Source of the DNA: Lama guanicoe
Lineage: Eukaryota
NCBI GenBank assembly: GCA_013239625.1
Contig: MU053994.1
Location: 2,981,589-3,045,588, forward strand
Direction: 5' to 3'
Length of the DNA: 64,000 nucleotides
Part shown: positions 39,971 to 51,709 of the stretch, in pieces
Layout of the letters: the number at the start of each line of letters is the position of its first letter
Numbering within the stretch: position 1 is the first letter of the stretch
Notes under the pieces: model-generated
Databases searched by the model: none
Seen by the model: the letters and a program-made list of their open reading frames with translations, nothing else
What the model was told of the DNA's origin: nothing
Program-made: the position numbers and the translations under genes

Positions 39971-40368
39971 GTAAGTGTCAGGAATTTAGCTTCTTAGTAA
40001 TAAAGTGTACTTTTTAATAATACTTGCAGGATTTCTTAACAGGCATCAACATGTTTGTTTCTTTCTCCTTTTTGGTTGTTTTAAAGTCATATTTCAGATG
40101 ATTTACCTTTGAGCGGTATATAGTGTCTTGCTGTTTAGAAACAGAGGAGCTTTTGTTTGATACAACAGTTCGTTTTTTACTCAAGCGTTAGTTTGAGGTG
40201 TGCTTTAGTGAATAAGAATTATTTCATAAGTAGCCTAAGAGGGATTTTAATAAAGTTACAACTTATGAAAATTAGTGGAAATGCAGACTTGTTTGAAAAT
40301 GAAAGTGAGGCTTGAACTTAGAAATTTGTTTGACTTTTGGGTTTTTTTTAAATATATGCATTTTATAA

Positions 40369-40472
40369 GGGGGAGGGTAGTTCTCAGTGGTGGAGTGTAT
40401 GCTTAGCGTGCAAAAGGTACTGGGTTCAATCCCCAGTACCTCCATTTAAAAAGATAAAAATAAATAAATGTT
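40369..40472 (+). mobile_element. tRNA-Ala-derived SINE abutting the exon ~36 acceptor
   Basis: ggggagggtagttctcagtggtggagtgtatgcttagcgtgc...gggttcaatccccagtacctcca plus A tail; TSD aatat(a/c)tgcattttat at 40351 and 40473. Confidence 0.9.
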
Positions 40473-40494
40473 AATATCTGCATTTTATTTATAG

Positions 40495-40618
40495 GGCAAG
40501 ATCACCTGTTGCCTGAAGCAGAAGAAATCACTATGATTAGTATTCAGCTTGCTGCTAGGTTTCTCTTTACCACAGGATTTCACACCAAGAAAATAGTCCG
40601 TGGCTCTGCCAGTGATTG
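40495..40618 (+). CDS. USP9X: USP9X coding exon (~36)
   Basis: tatag|GG...TG|gtaaat; 124 nt; (G)[40 protein letters not shown](W). Confidence 0.94.
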
Positions 40619-41354
40619 GTAAATTGCTTTGGATTTTCATTACAATTATACTAGCATTTAGTTTGGTTCTCGAATATGCCGCTTTATTTTTTTTTTCAAG
40701 CCATGATAGTCTTGTTTCATATTTGTAATGCAGAATAAAAAAACTCTTGGTAGCAATAGTGTGAGAAATCATACGTAAATAATTACTAAGACTTTAAACA
40801 TGGCCCATGCTTCTGTTATTCTGGCTTCTGTTTCTCTTATTATATCGTATCTTTGATGTCTCTGTACAAAAGGGATTATTTAAAAGTCTGAGCTTATTTA
40901 ATGAAGAAATTATTACATTTTAGCTTCCCTAGATTATATTCTACCATAGATTAAAAAGGTGTAAAATTAAAATGAGTTTTCTAAGTTTCTAATTGTGAAA
41001 ATATAGAGGCCATTTAATACCTTGTTTTAACAATTTTTACTTACTCATCTAGTAATAAGATGTTAAGGGAAAGGGGGATGATTTATTATTCTGTCATTGA
41101 TAACCAGGAAGAGTTTGGTTATAGAGGACTATATAAGTTTTCATCTATTTTGTGACTCTGTAAGAATAGACCACATCATAGTATTCATCAGTCATTTTAA
41201 TATTAGTACTGGAAGCTACCATTGCTGGTTCTCTCCCTCCAGTAGTAAAAGTTCTTTAGTTTTTATTTGGTTCATAGTGACCTAACCCTGTACTATAAGA
41301 AGCATGTTACTAAATTGATGTTCATAGATTTTTTTTTTTTTGGTTTCGTCTTAG

Positions 41355-41580
41355 GTATGATGCATTATGTATTCTCCTTCGTCACAGCAAGAATGTACGT
41401 TTTTGGTTTGCTCATAATGTCCTTTTTAATGTTTCAAATCGCTTCTCTGAATACCTTCTGGAGTGTCCTAGTGCAGAAGTGAGGGGTGCATTTGCAAAAC
41501 TTATAGTTTTTATTGCACATTTTTCTTTGCAAGATGGACCATGTCCTTCACCTTTCGCATCTCCAGGACCTTCTAGTCAG
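41355..41580 (+). CDS. USP9X: USP9X coding exon (~37)
   Basis: cttag|G...CAG|gtaatt; 226 nt; [49 protein letters not shown]...SPGPSSQ. Confidence 0.95.
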
Positions 41581-42118
41581 GTAATTGCCCAGTTTTTTTT
41601 CTAATGATTAAATGCTTACAAATAAATTCTATATCTTGGAAGTTGAAGTCACAAATATATGTGCCTCTGTTTTGTATGTTTACCTAACAAATGTGTGTGT
41701 GCTCAAGCACACACACCATAGTCCAATACCTCTGAGTTCCATTAAAAGTACTTCACAGCAATGAGTAGTGATGATTGGCTCTTTAAAACATAATGGAATT
41801 GTCTGTTAATTCAGCTACATGCAGTAGCTTAATTATGCACTTACTATTATATAGATTATATATAAAGTTAGACAGACTTCAGGTTTGTTTTTTTTTTAAA
41901 CTTAGAACAGTATGAAGCCTCTATAATGAAATGTACGGCAGATCTTTGTCCCCTTTCCTAACAGGCAACCCCTTTCATTGTGGCTTGTGTGATCATTCCT
42001 TCCAGAAATTTCTGCCTGTATTTAACATACATGTGCATGCCCCATTTTTATGCAAATAGAATTTATGTTGTACCTGTACCTTGTTGCTGAAAAACAACCA
42101 ATGTTTTATCCTTCACAG

Positions 42119-42248
42119 GCTTATGACAACTTAAGCTTGAGTGATCATTTACTAAGAGCAGTACTAAATCTCTTGAGAAGAGAAGTTTCAGAGCATGGGC
42201 GTCATTTACAGCAGTATTTCAACCTGTTTGTAATGTATGCTAATTTAG
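42119..42248 (+). CDS. USP9X: USP9X coding exon (~38)
   Basis: cacag|GCT...TTAG|gtaaga; 130 nt; [43 protein letters not shown]. Confidence 0.95.
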
Positions 42249-43089
42249 GTAAGAATTTAAGTTTTCATAATTGTTTTTAATGTGTTGCAGTAAGTGATGA
42301 AATCATTTAAGTCAAGTGATGAAATAAAACCTGGTCTAAAATAGAAACAATATTCCATAAAACCTATTGTGAATTTTATCTGAAACTTTTTTTCCTGCAG
42401 TTTTTACTTTGTACTTTATAGTTATTTATGCATGTGTCTTATCTCTGCGGTAGTCACAGGTCAGAATCTGTATCTTAATCATATTCTTATCTCCTAAAGT
42501 GGTGACATTAGACCTGTCTAGTTTTTGAAAATACTGATTCCTAGGCCACATCCCACACCAGCTGAATCCAAATTCTCAAAGCTATCACAAGGAATCCACA
42601 TTTTCAAAAGGTCCTCAGATTATTGCAATACACAGCAGCTTTGGGTAAAGGACTTAATCTGTATGTAACTTTTGTCAAAGTAAACTAAACTAAAATTGGG
42701 AAAATATTCATTTAAATTACCCTATTATTTATGTTAAGTTCTATACCCAAACATCCTTGTCATTCCAGGTTTTTTTGTGTGTAAATCTACTAATCACTAA
42801 TTGACCCGTGGCCCTTTTAACATAAGCAACATTCTGCTTTGTTTTGTCATCTCTTCCCTTACCTTTCCATAAGGGAGAGGCTTGTATATTTGTAGTTGAG
42901 AAGGAAGAGAATTTTTTTTATACAAACAAGCATAAGTGGAATCCGTATTTCACACTTATAAATGCCTGAAATATGGTATTTCTAAAAATCCTAATCTGTT
43001 CAGCTCCCTTTTTAGGTATTCCCTGTTCACAAAGCATGCATCATTGGTCCATAATGTCATCTAATTAAAATTTCCCTGGTAAAGCAAAT

Positions 43090-43410
43090 ACGGGTCTATA
43101 AACTTTAAAATGAAATCCTTAGGACCACATATTCTTTGAGGTTCAGAATTGTTTGGATTTAAGAAAGGTAAAGTAGTGCATATACAATACGTTATGTAAC
43201 GTCCCTATAACAGGGTCCAAAATAGCACCTTAAAATCATACACGTTAATGTTTCTACAGTAAAACATGAATATTCACACTGAGAGGGGATGAATGAAGAC
43301 TAAATAGTTCAGGCCAGATTTTCACACCAACTTTATGAAAGAACTTTATTTACACTTATGATAAGAGCTGTTTGACTCTCCGGATTTCAGATAAAGGATT
43401 GTGGACCTGT
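43090..43410. mobile_element. Ancient TcMar-Tigger-type MITE
   Basis: Degenerate inverted ends: ta-cgggtctataa.../...cagataaaggattgtggacctg. Confidence 0.5.
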
Positions 43411-43559
43411 GTTTATTATACTTCTTGGAACATGATAATAAATAAGACATCTACTTTCTAATGGGGTATCAAAGCAAATTAATTATTTTACTAGCTGTAA
43501 AATATATTCATGGCTAAAATGGGGAAAATATGAAGTGCAATGGAAGTACATCATAGGGG

Positions 43560-44530
43560 TACCTGACCAGATTTGCAGAGTGTAGGGGACTTACTGGGAA
43601 AGTTGATGTGGGAATTGGTTGAGTTTTCCATCCAGAGTGAACAGCAGGTGCAAAGACTTGGAATAAACTCAGCATGGCTCATTGGAGGAAATGAAAGTTA
43701 GTCTGACTAGAATTGATGCAATATGGCAATGGCGGGAGTGGTAAGCAGGATTTTCTAATCATGCTATTCTGGCAAGTCTTGTGAGAGATTCTAGACTTTG
43801 TCCTGAGGGCACTGATGAGCCATTGTAGAGTTTTGAATAGACATGGCTTCTAGAAAGATCACCCTGGCTACAGTATGGAATGGATCACAGGAGAGTAAGA
43901 CTAGAGATTGTTAAAATAACCTATAGGTAGAAAATTGTTGTGGCCTGTACTGGGGAACTGGCAGTGAGGGGGTTATGAGTAGACAGATTCTGGTCCTTTT
44001 TATTAGAGATAGGGCCAGTAGGATTTGGTGATTGGATATTCAAAAGAGGTGTTAAGAATTCCGGCTTGACAAAGAGCAGGTAGTGGTGCCATGTACTGAG
44101 AGGAGGGGGGAACTTAGGAGGAAGAACATGGACAGGGAATTTGAGTCTTTGTGACACCCAAATTAAGATGTGCGGTAGAACGGTGATCTGTTTGGAAATA
44201 TTTGGGAATCAGCTAAATGAAGGTAGCTGGCACTTGAAGCCACTAGAGTGAGTTTTGATCATCCAGGGAAGGCCATACAGTGCAAAAAGACATTGGAAAT
44301 TTGAGGAGCATCAATTTTTTGAGAGACGGGAAGGAGGACTCACAAAGAAGAGTAAGGAGAAGAGGCAAAAAGAAAATGAGAGGAATCCAAGGAGAAGGAA
44401 GTGGTTATGGCATGAAAACTGTTCCTTAGCTTTAAACCAGAAAAGGGGGCAGAAACCAAATAGGCATGGGTTGAGGAGTGGGAAAATGAGAAAGTAGAGA
44501 GAACAAATTGACAAGAAGCTTGGCTGAGGA
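43560..44530 (-). mobile_element. L2 fragment
   Basis: Purine-rich; gaacagcaggtgcaaagac...agaaagatcaccctggctacagtatgga...ggccagtaggatttggtgattgg. Confidence 0.55.
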
Positions 44531-44897
44531 AGAAAGAAAGGCAGTTTATAAAAGAATTCTCACTTAGTTTTCATTATTCACCTAATGATGGGGGTTGCAG
44601 TCTAGGCTAGGCCCCTCGACTCCCCAGGCTGTAGAATGTGTTTATCTTGTTTGTGCCCAGTATGATTGGAATGTCATGGGTCTTCGTTTAACCATTTTGA
44701 TACTTAAATCCAATTACACTAACTCAGTAGATTTTCGGTTCTGGTTAAATAATACTCTGAATGCTAAGTAAAAGTGATCTTCTGATTATAAAATTACAGG
44801 AAAATATTTTAGATAACTATTATGAAGCTCTTCCATCCTAATTCTTCCCTCATAGAATTCTTTTTCTCTCTTCCTACTTCTCCATTCTTTATCATAG

Positions 44898-45083
44898 GTG
44901 TGGCGGAGAAGACACAGCTTCTGAAGTTGAGTGTACCTGCTACCTTTATGCTTGTGTCTTTAGATGAAGGTCCAGGCCCTCCAATCAAATATCAGTATGC
45001 TGAATTAGGCAAATTATACTCAGTAGTATCACAGCTAATCCGCTGTTGCAATGTCTCATCAAGAATGCAGTCTTCAATCAATG
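44898..45083 (+). CDS. USP9X: USP9X coding exon (~39)
   Basis: catag|GT...AATG|gtaaag; 186 nt; (G)[33 protein letters not shown]...MQSSIN. Confidence 0.95.
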
Positions 45084-45544
45084 GTAAAGTCAGATGCTCC
45101 ATTCTTTACATTGGTTTTAAAATACTGTTGGGCATAGATAGTACCTGATTAAAAGTAATTCTGAAGATGTTTAAATATAAAACAAGAGTCTGAAGGCCCA
45201 TGCTTTGGAATATTTTATAATTTTTGAGTCCTGCACCTTTTATACATGTTTAAAGGAAATCTTTGTCTACTTGCTACTGAGGTTGGTACCTTGCTTATGA
45301 AATGATGTAAGAATTAACTTTACCATTAAAGAAAATGCCAGTGTTGGCATTTAAATTTTACATTTTATCACCTTGATATAACTGATCATTATAGTGCTTA
45401 ATATTACTTTTTGTTGTACTCAGGAAACTTGATTTAAAATACTATTTTCATAAAAAAATCCATAAGCTATTTTCTATGGTGAAAGCTCTGTATTATTGTG
45501 GAGAAGCCTATTAGTTTTTCATTGATGACAAATCTGTATTCTAG

Positions 45545-45765
45545 GTAATCCTCCTCTTCCCAATCCTTTTGGTGATCCTAATTTATCACAACCTATAATG
45601 CCAATTCAGCAGAATGTGGCAGACATTTTATTTGTGAGGACAAGTTATGTGAAGAAAATCATTGAGGACTGCAGTAACTCAGAGGAAACCGTCAAATTAC
45701 TTCGTTTTTGCTGCTGGGAGAATCCTCAGTTCTCATCTACTGTCCTCAGTGAACTTCTGTGGCAG
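45545..45765 (+). CDS. USP9X: USP9X coding exon (~40)
   Basis: tctag|GT...CAG|gttaaa; 221 nt; (G)[24 protein letters not shown]...[10 protein letters not shown]. Confidence 0.95.
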
Positions 45766-45836
45766 GTTAAAGGAAAATAAATATTCATATGCTTTATAAT
45801 TTGATTTGTTTTTTTTTTATTTTTTTAAATAGAGGG

Positions 45837-45950
45837 GTTTTTTTTAACATATAATTAATTGGCTTTACAGTATTATATTAGTTTCAGGTGTGCAACATAG
45901 TGATTTTGATATTTTTATACATTACACATTACAAAATGATCACCACTGTT
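45837..45950 (-). mobile_element. Short L1 3' terminal fragment
   Basis: taattggctttacagtattatattagtttcaggtgtgcaacatagtgattttgata...aaaatgatcaccac, similar to the L1 ends near 1940 and 14060. Confidence 0.75.
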
Positions 45951-45993
45951 ACGGCTTTAAATACATTATTCACCACGTCTTACCTGTTTTTAG

Positions 45994-46082
45994 GTTGCAT
46001 ACTCCTACACTTATGAACTCCGGCCCTATTTGGACCTGCTTTTGCAGATCTTACTAATTGAGGACTCTTGGCAGACTCACAG
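45994..46082 (+). CDS. USP9X: USP9X coding exon (~41)
   Basis: tttag|GTT...AG|gtagat; 89 nt; [29 protein letters not shown](R). Confidence 0.95.
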
Positions 46083-46455
46083 GTAGATATTCTTTTTCTC
46101 TTACTTGCCAAACTTTTAGAGTAACTGAAATTGCCAGTCAGCATATATTATTTGCCTCTTGGAAATCTAATAAATATTTTATCTTAAAAACTTATGAATA
46201 AAAGGGTCCCCTTCCCTCACAATTTTACTTCCATTTTTTTTTCCTCTCATTGCCCAAGTTGCATACTTAAATATACTAACTTTTGTCTTTCAGTTGGTGG
46301 TGTGTTTTTTGTTTGCGGAGGTGGGGTGGGGTGTTGGTAAATGTTTTAATTTTATTAATGATGCTGTAGGGTTACTTTAGGATTAGATTACATTAGTTTT
46401 AGAATTAATCACATGATAACATTTGGTTATCTAAAAATAGTCCTTTAGGTAAGTA

Positions 46456-47028
46456 CAGTCAGTTCCCATTGTTCACGGTAGTCCCTGGGCTAAAAGCCAC
46501 TGTGAACACTGAGCAAATACTAAGCCGTCGCTCCTGGGGAAAGTACACGGTTAGGTTCCTGCAGGCCTCTGGTTACATTTTTGTCAACCAGTCAATACAT
46601 AACCTTCTTTTAATGTGTGTTTGTTTAAAGATACCTTATTTAATATATGTTGCTAACTCGTTAACATTGAATTCATGATAAATCATGTCCAAACAAAGCT
46701 TATCTAACATGTATTTTCTCTGCAAAGCACATCACAGCCTTCTTGGGCTTAAGAACACTAGGACAGCACTTTAGCACTACACATTTAAGGCCCTTTTTAA
46801 ACAGTGAAATCAATTTTAAAAGTACAAAAATGTGGAAACAGTGTCACTAAGATAGTGAGGAAAAAGGATACTTGTTTACAGTATGAGCTAAAACAAGGCA
46901 GATAATCACTTTGTTCCACTGCAGATGGGAATGTGTTAGGCAACTCAGATTTTTTTTTTTTTTTTGCCACTCCACACATGACTGCAGAAGCACTGCAAGA
47001 GTTAATAAATGAAACACAAAATTTGGTA
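46456..47028. mobile_element. TcMar-Tigger element (MER82-like)
   Basis: ta|cagtcagttcccattgttcacggtag...ggttaggttcctgcaggcctctggt...aaagataccttatttaatata. Confidence 0.7.
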
Positions 47029-47093
47029 GTTTGGAAACTATAGCTGTTTATTTTGAACAAAGGATTTAAAACTTTTCTTAAAAGTTGGTTTTA

Positions 47094-47207
47094 GGGGAGG
47101 GTAGAGCTCAGTGGTAGAGTGCATGCTTAGCATGCATGAGGTCCTGGGTTCAATCCCCAGTACCCCCAATAAACCTAATTACCCCCCCGCCCCCCCAAAA
47201 TTTAAAA
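47094..47207 (+). mobile_element. tRNA-Ala-derived SINE
   Basis: ggggagggtagagctcagtggtagagtgcatgcttagcatgcatgaggtcctgggttcaatccccagtacc, then aaacctaattacccc tail. Confidence 0.9.
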
Positions 47208-47865
47208 TTCATAATCAAACTTTTCACTATTTTAAAAATATTGTAAGCAGTTACAGCTTTAAACCAATTAGCCATATCTTAGCTCTCGTTTCATTAGAGC
47301 CAGTGATAATGGCAAAGGCACATGTGCTGGATTAAACGTGGGAATTTGACTTTTGTGTAATGATATTAGTAAGGTATTGCGGTTATGAGTCACTGGCCCC
47401 GGGCTTGAAAATAACTTTCTCATAGTGGGCTTTTAGTTCCTTCAGTAAACAGTGCAGGAATGTTTATGGAGCCTCTCCCATGTGCCTGGCACTGTTAGGC
47501 ATTGGGAAACAAAGGAGGCAAAAATATATATTGACATTTTAAATTAAAAAAATTAAAAGTGGTGTTTGAAAGCAGTTAATACTAATGGGAAGAGAACGTG
47601 ATGTGACAGAAATAATGGCTTAGCACCTTATTATCACTAGACAAAACTGGAGGTCAAAACAATATACACTACAGTGTTTGAGATTAAACAGCAGGAGGCC
47701 TGTACATGGTTGGTTGGTCTGAAATGATTAAACTTTGTAAAATTGCAAAGTCATGATTTCCAAAGAAGAGAGATTTTATGAATACGTATAATACTAAAAG
47801 CAAACTTGCATTTTGATTTTGGAACATTCTGTGAAGTAAAATATATGGCATATAAAAGATTTTTT

Positions 47866-47988
47866 AATTTTTATTTGGGGGGATGGGTAGTTAAGTTTAT
47901 TTATTTTTAGAGGAGTACTGGGAATTGAACCCAGGACCTTGTGCATGCTAAGCATGTGCTCTAACACTTGAGCTGTACCCTGCCCCCC
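47866..47988 (-). mobile_element. tRNA-Ala-derived SINE
   Basis: Reverse-complement consensus; TSD aaaagatttttt at 47854 and 47989. Confidence 0.88.
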
Positions 47989-48024
47989 AAAAGATTTTTT
48001 TTAATTGCTGACTATACAGGTAAT

Positions 48025-48855
48025 TTTCTTTATTGTGGTAAAAAAAAATCACTTAACATAAGATTCACTATTTTAACCATTTTAAAGTGTACAGTTTCAG
48101 TGACTTCTAGTACATTCACAGTGTTCTGCAACCATTACCACTGTCTAATTCCAGAACATTTTCATCACCCTAAAGGAAAACCCCAAACCCAGTTAAGCAG
48201 TCACTGCCTATTTCCCCAACCCGCATCCCCTGGCAACCACTAATCTGCTTTCTGCTCTGTAGATTTGTCTGTTCCTAGTCAAAATGGCCAGGATTTGCCT
48301 GGACATTTCATATACATGGAATCATACCTTTTGTATCTGGCTTCTTCCACTTGGCATAATGTTTTCAAATTCATCCATGTTAGAGTACCTATCAGTACTT
48401 CATTCCTTTTTATGGCTTAATATTCCTTTGTCTGGCTAGATCGCATTTTGTTTATTCATTCATCTGTTGGTGGATATTTGTATTGTTTCCACCTTTTGGC
48501 TATTGTGAATAATGCTGTTGTGAACATTTCGTGTACAAGTTTTGTTTTTTTTTTTTAACACCTGTTTTCAATTCTCTTGGATATCTACCTCGGAGTAGAA
48601 TTGCAGGCAGGTAAATTTAAAAACAATTTTTTTTTTTAGTTGTAAAATATTCATAACAAAATTTACCATTTTTAAGTGTACAATTTGGTGAAATTAAGTA
48701 TATTCACAATGTTGTGTTACCATCACCTCTATCCATCTCCAGAACTTTTTCATCATTCCAAACTGAAGCTCTGTACCCATTATTCTTGCTTTCTCTGTGC
48801 CTTTTGTAAGTACCCCATATAAGTGGAATTATACAATATTTGTCATTTTGGATTG
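48025..48855 (-). mobile_element. L1 3' fragments (L1MB-like, two pieces)
   Basis: ttttaaccattttaaagtgtacag...ccagaacattttcatcacc...cttttggctattgtgaataatgctg; second tail from about 48625. Confidence 0.8.
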
Positions 48856-49094
48856 GTAATAAGTTGGTAAGAGCATAGACTGATAGGTGGTTATATAACC
48901 TTGGACAAGCAAGCCATTTAACACTGCCTATTTTTGTCATCTGTTCAAGGGTTTAATAAGAGTACTTACTGTCTAGCTTTAGATTACATGACTACATCAA
49001 AGACATTTATTGAATGGCGCATAGTAGGCACTCAATAAATGTTAGCTGCTATTTGATTTTTGAAGTTTTTATTTTATATCTGGTTCTTTTTCAG

Positions 49095-49251
49095 AATTCA
49101 TAATGCACTTAAAGGAATCCCAGATGACCGAGATGGGCTGTTTGACACAATCCAGCGCTCTAAGAATCATTATCAAAAAAGAGCATACCAGTGTATAAAA
49201 TGTATGGTAGCTCTCTTTAGCAACTGTCCTGTTGCCTACCAGATTCTGCAG
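49095..49251 (+). CDS. USP9X: USP9X coding exon (~42)
   Basis: ttcag|A...CAG|gtgagg; 157 nt; [52 protein letters not shown]. Confidence 0.95.
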
Positions 49252-49413
49252 GTGAGGGAGGGTTTCTCATATATGTATATATAATTTTCTAGAAATCTGA
49301 ATCAGAATTAAGCATTCTGTTTTAAAAGAAGAGAATTGGGAGTTTTCGTTTTAAGTTAATTTTGAAAAGCATTCTGAAACCTTTTACATGTGTAGTTTTA
49401 TTTTGTTTTGAAG

Positions 49414-49674
49414 GGCAACGGAGATCTTAAAAGAAAATGGACCTGGGCAGTGGAATGGCTTGGAGATGAACTCGAAAGACGACCATACACTGGCAATCCT
49501 CAATACACTTACAACAATTGGTCTCCTCCAGTGCAAAGCAATGAAACATCAAATGGTTATTTCTTGGAGAGATCACATAGTGCTAGGATGACACTTGCAA
49601 AAGCTTGTGAACTCTGTCCAGAGGAGGTAAAAAAAGCCACCAGTGTGCAGCAGATAGAAATGGAAGAAAGCAAA
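49414..49674 (+). CDS. USP9X: USP9X coding exon (~43), two in-frame donors (ends 49626 or 49674)
   Basis: tgaag|[26 protein letters not shown]...CELCPEE|gtaaaa or +[16 protein letters not shown]|gtaatt. Confidence 0.93.
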
Positions 49675-50004
49675 GTAATTCTTTACTTTATAGGCCAGTG
49701 TTTATGTATTAATGATAATGAAAAGAAAATTACATTGACGTTTTGTTTGCTTTAATGTTTACTATATGTGGTCTTAAGTTAATGAGGAAAATCTTTTAGA
49801 GAAATTTCTGTGAAATTGTCTGAAATCTGGTATTTCTAAGAGAACCCAATTAGGTTTTTTTTCAGTTGCTTTGTTGATCTGCAGTAAAAGAAAGGTTGTT
49901 AGTGGGTCAGTTTTTTTAGATATTAAAGATTTTATTTCAAATAGAAAAAAATAAACTTGAATTTGCCTACATAAAATTCTTTATCTTTAAATATTTAAAA
50001 TTAG

Positions 50005-50100
50005 GAGCCAGATGACCAGGATGCCCCAGACGAGCATGAGTCGCCTCCACCTGAAGATGCCCCATTATACCCCCATTCACCTGGATCTCAATATCAGCAG
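50005..50100 (+). CDS. USP9X: USP9X coding exon (~44)
   Basis: attag|GAG...CAG|gtacat; 96 nt; [32 protein letters not shown]. Confidence 0.95.
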
Positions 50101-50649
50101 GTACATAGGGGTTGGTTAGTGTTTATTCGCCTAGAATCACTTTTCATGCTTTATTTAAAGGATGGCTATGTTTTTTCTTGGGACTGTAAAGTAATAGAGA
50201 GGTTATCTAGACTAGCTTTACAGAAATGATCAAAAGAGGAGTGGTTGGAAAGGGGTCACAATGTGGCATGCTGGAACTTGCCCCTATGGTGTTTTCTTGG
50301 TTCAGATATATGCCCCTGTTGTGCTAATAGATAAAGTTAATAAAACTGATAATTCATGTCAATATAAAATGATAATATTTAGTACAATGGATTATGACAT
50401 TTCCTGTTAGGCTTAAGTCTACAGATGGATTCTGAAGACATTAAAATTTGGTAATGAAGGACGAAGTTTTTGCTTCCTTAGCCTAACCAATACTTCAGTG
50501 ACGGTAAAAGTTACTGGAAAAAATCAGGGACTTGACAGGTTTCTGTAAAATTTCCTATAAAATCAGTAACTAAATTTAGATGAAGAATCCTTCTAAATGA
50601 GTTCTCCTTCTAAAACCCAGATGTGACTAATAATTTAGATCTTTTGAGG

Positions 50650-50838
50650 CAGTGGGACTCAAACTTGAACAAACATCAGACTACCCCAGTGGGCTTGTTA
50701 TATATAGCAAAGTGCTGGGCCACACCCAAGTTTCTGATTCACTAGGTCTGGGGTGGGGCCCAGAAAATGTACGTTTCTAATGAGTTCCCAGGTGATGCCG
50801 CTGTGTTGGACTGGGAACCACTCTGTCAGAACCATTAC
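50650..50838. mobile_element. MER5-type hAT MITE
   Basis: cagtgggactcaaactt...tttctgattcactaggtctggggtggggccc...ttcccaggtgatgc...agaaccatt. Confidence 0.75.
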
Positions 50839-51571
50839 TTAAGGCATTCTTTCTTACATTTCAAAGTAGAAATAGAAGCATGCTGAATAGTTAGAAAATG
50901 CATATTCAACATATTTGTTTTCATAATATAAAATATGAAAGTAAAGCCTAAAATCTTACTGGCTTGGTGGGAATGTACAGAAAAATGACAGCTCAGGAAC
51001 CAAATCCACAAGGAGAAATGTTACTTTCCTCAGCCCTGAGAAAGCTCATAGATTAATCATGCCTAGTTAATAATCCATTATCTTCTACGTTGTTTTGTTT
51101 TCATTGACGCCATTCTGTATTCAGGGTTTGTTGCTCGTGTGGATCTCATATGATCATCAATCATATTTATCATATAGAAGTTTCACAGTGCTTAGAAGAC
51201 TGAGAATAGATGTGTTCTAACTCACAAGTCAGTTTTTGTGAATTTTTTTTTTCTTTTTTTTTTTACCATGAGCAGAAATGGTCTGTGTTATCCTTTATTT
51301 GTCAGACTTGGGTCTGAATAATTTGGGGCACTTAAAAATCACTTTGGCCAAAGAATCAAACAGACCTACACTGCTCTTACCTGGGGCTTTCGAGTTTGCA
51401 TTTAGGCTACATTTTCTCTTTCAAACCAATTTTTTTCCCCAGCATTATTTACTCTTTGTCAGTTTCAGGAATAAAAGAAATGCTTATTTCCACAAACTTC
51501 AGCCTGTGATTTTAAAGTTGAAGTTGAACACATGAAAAGTTTTAACATGCAGATCTCTTCTCCCTTCCCAG

Positions 51572-51709
51572 AATAACCATGTGCACGGACAGCCGTATAC
51601 AGGCCCTGCAGCGCATCACATGAACAACCCTCAGAGAACTGGCCAACGAGCACAAGACAATTATGAAGGCAGTGAAGAAGTAGCCCCACCTCAGACAAAG
51701 GATCAGTGA
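51572..51709 (+). CDS. USP9X: USP9X terminal coding exon (~45) with stop
   Basis: cccag|[51 protein letters not shown] 51707-51709; X-type rather than Y-type C-terminus. Confidence 0.96.
   Translation, partial: NNHVHGQPYTGPAAHHMNNPQRTGQRAQDNYEGSEEVAPPQTKDQ

Noticed and set aside
47094..47170. tRNA-Ala(AGC) gene
   Set aside because: The head is tRNA-like, but it has an altered 5' end, a SINE tail and nine dispersed relatives, several with TSDs; it is a SINE.
1067..51709. USP9Y rather than USP9X
   Set aside because: C-terminal residues ([14 protein letters not shown]...PPQTKDQ) match the X paralog as I recall it, and the protein is near-identical to USP9X throughout.
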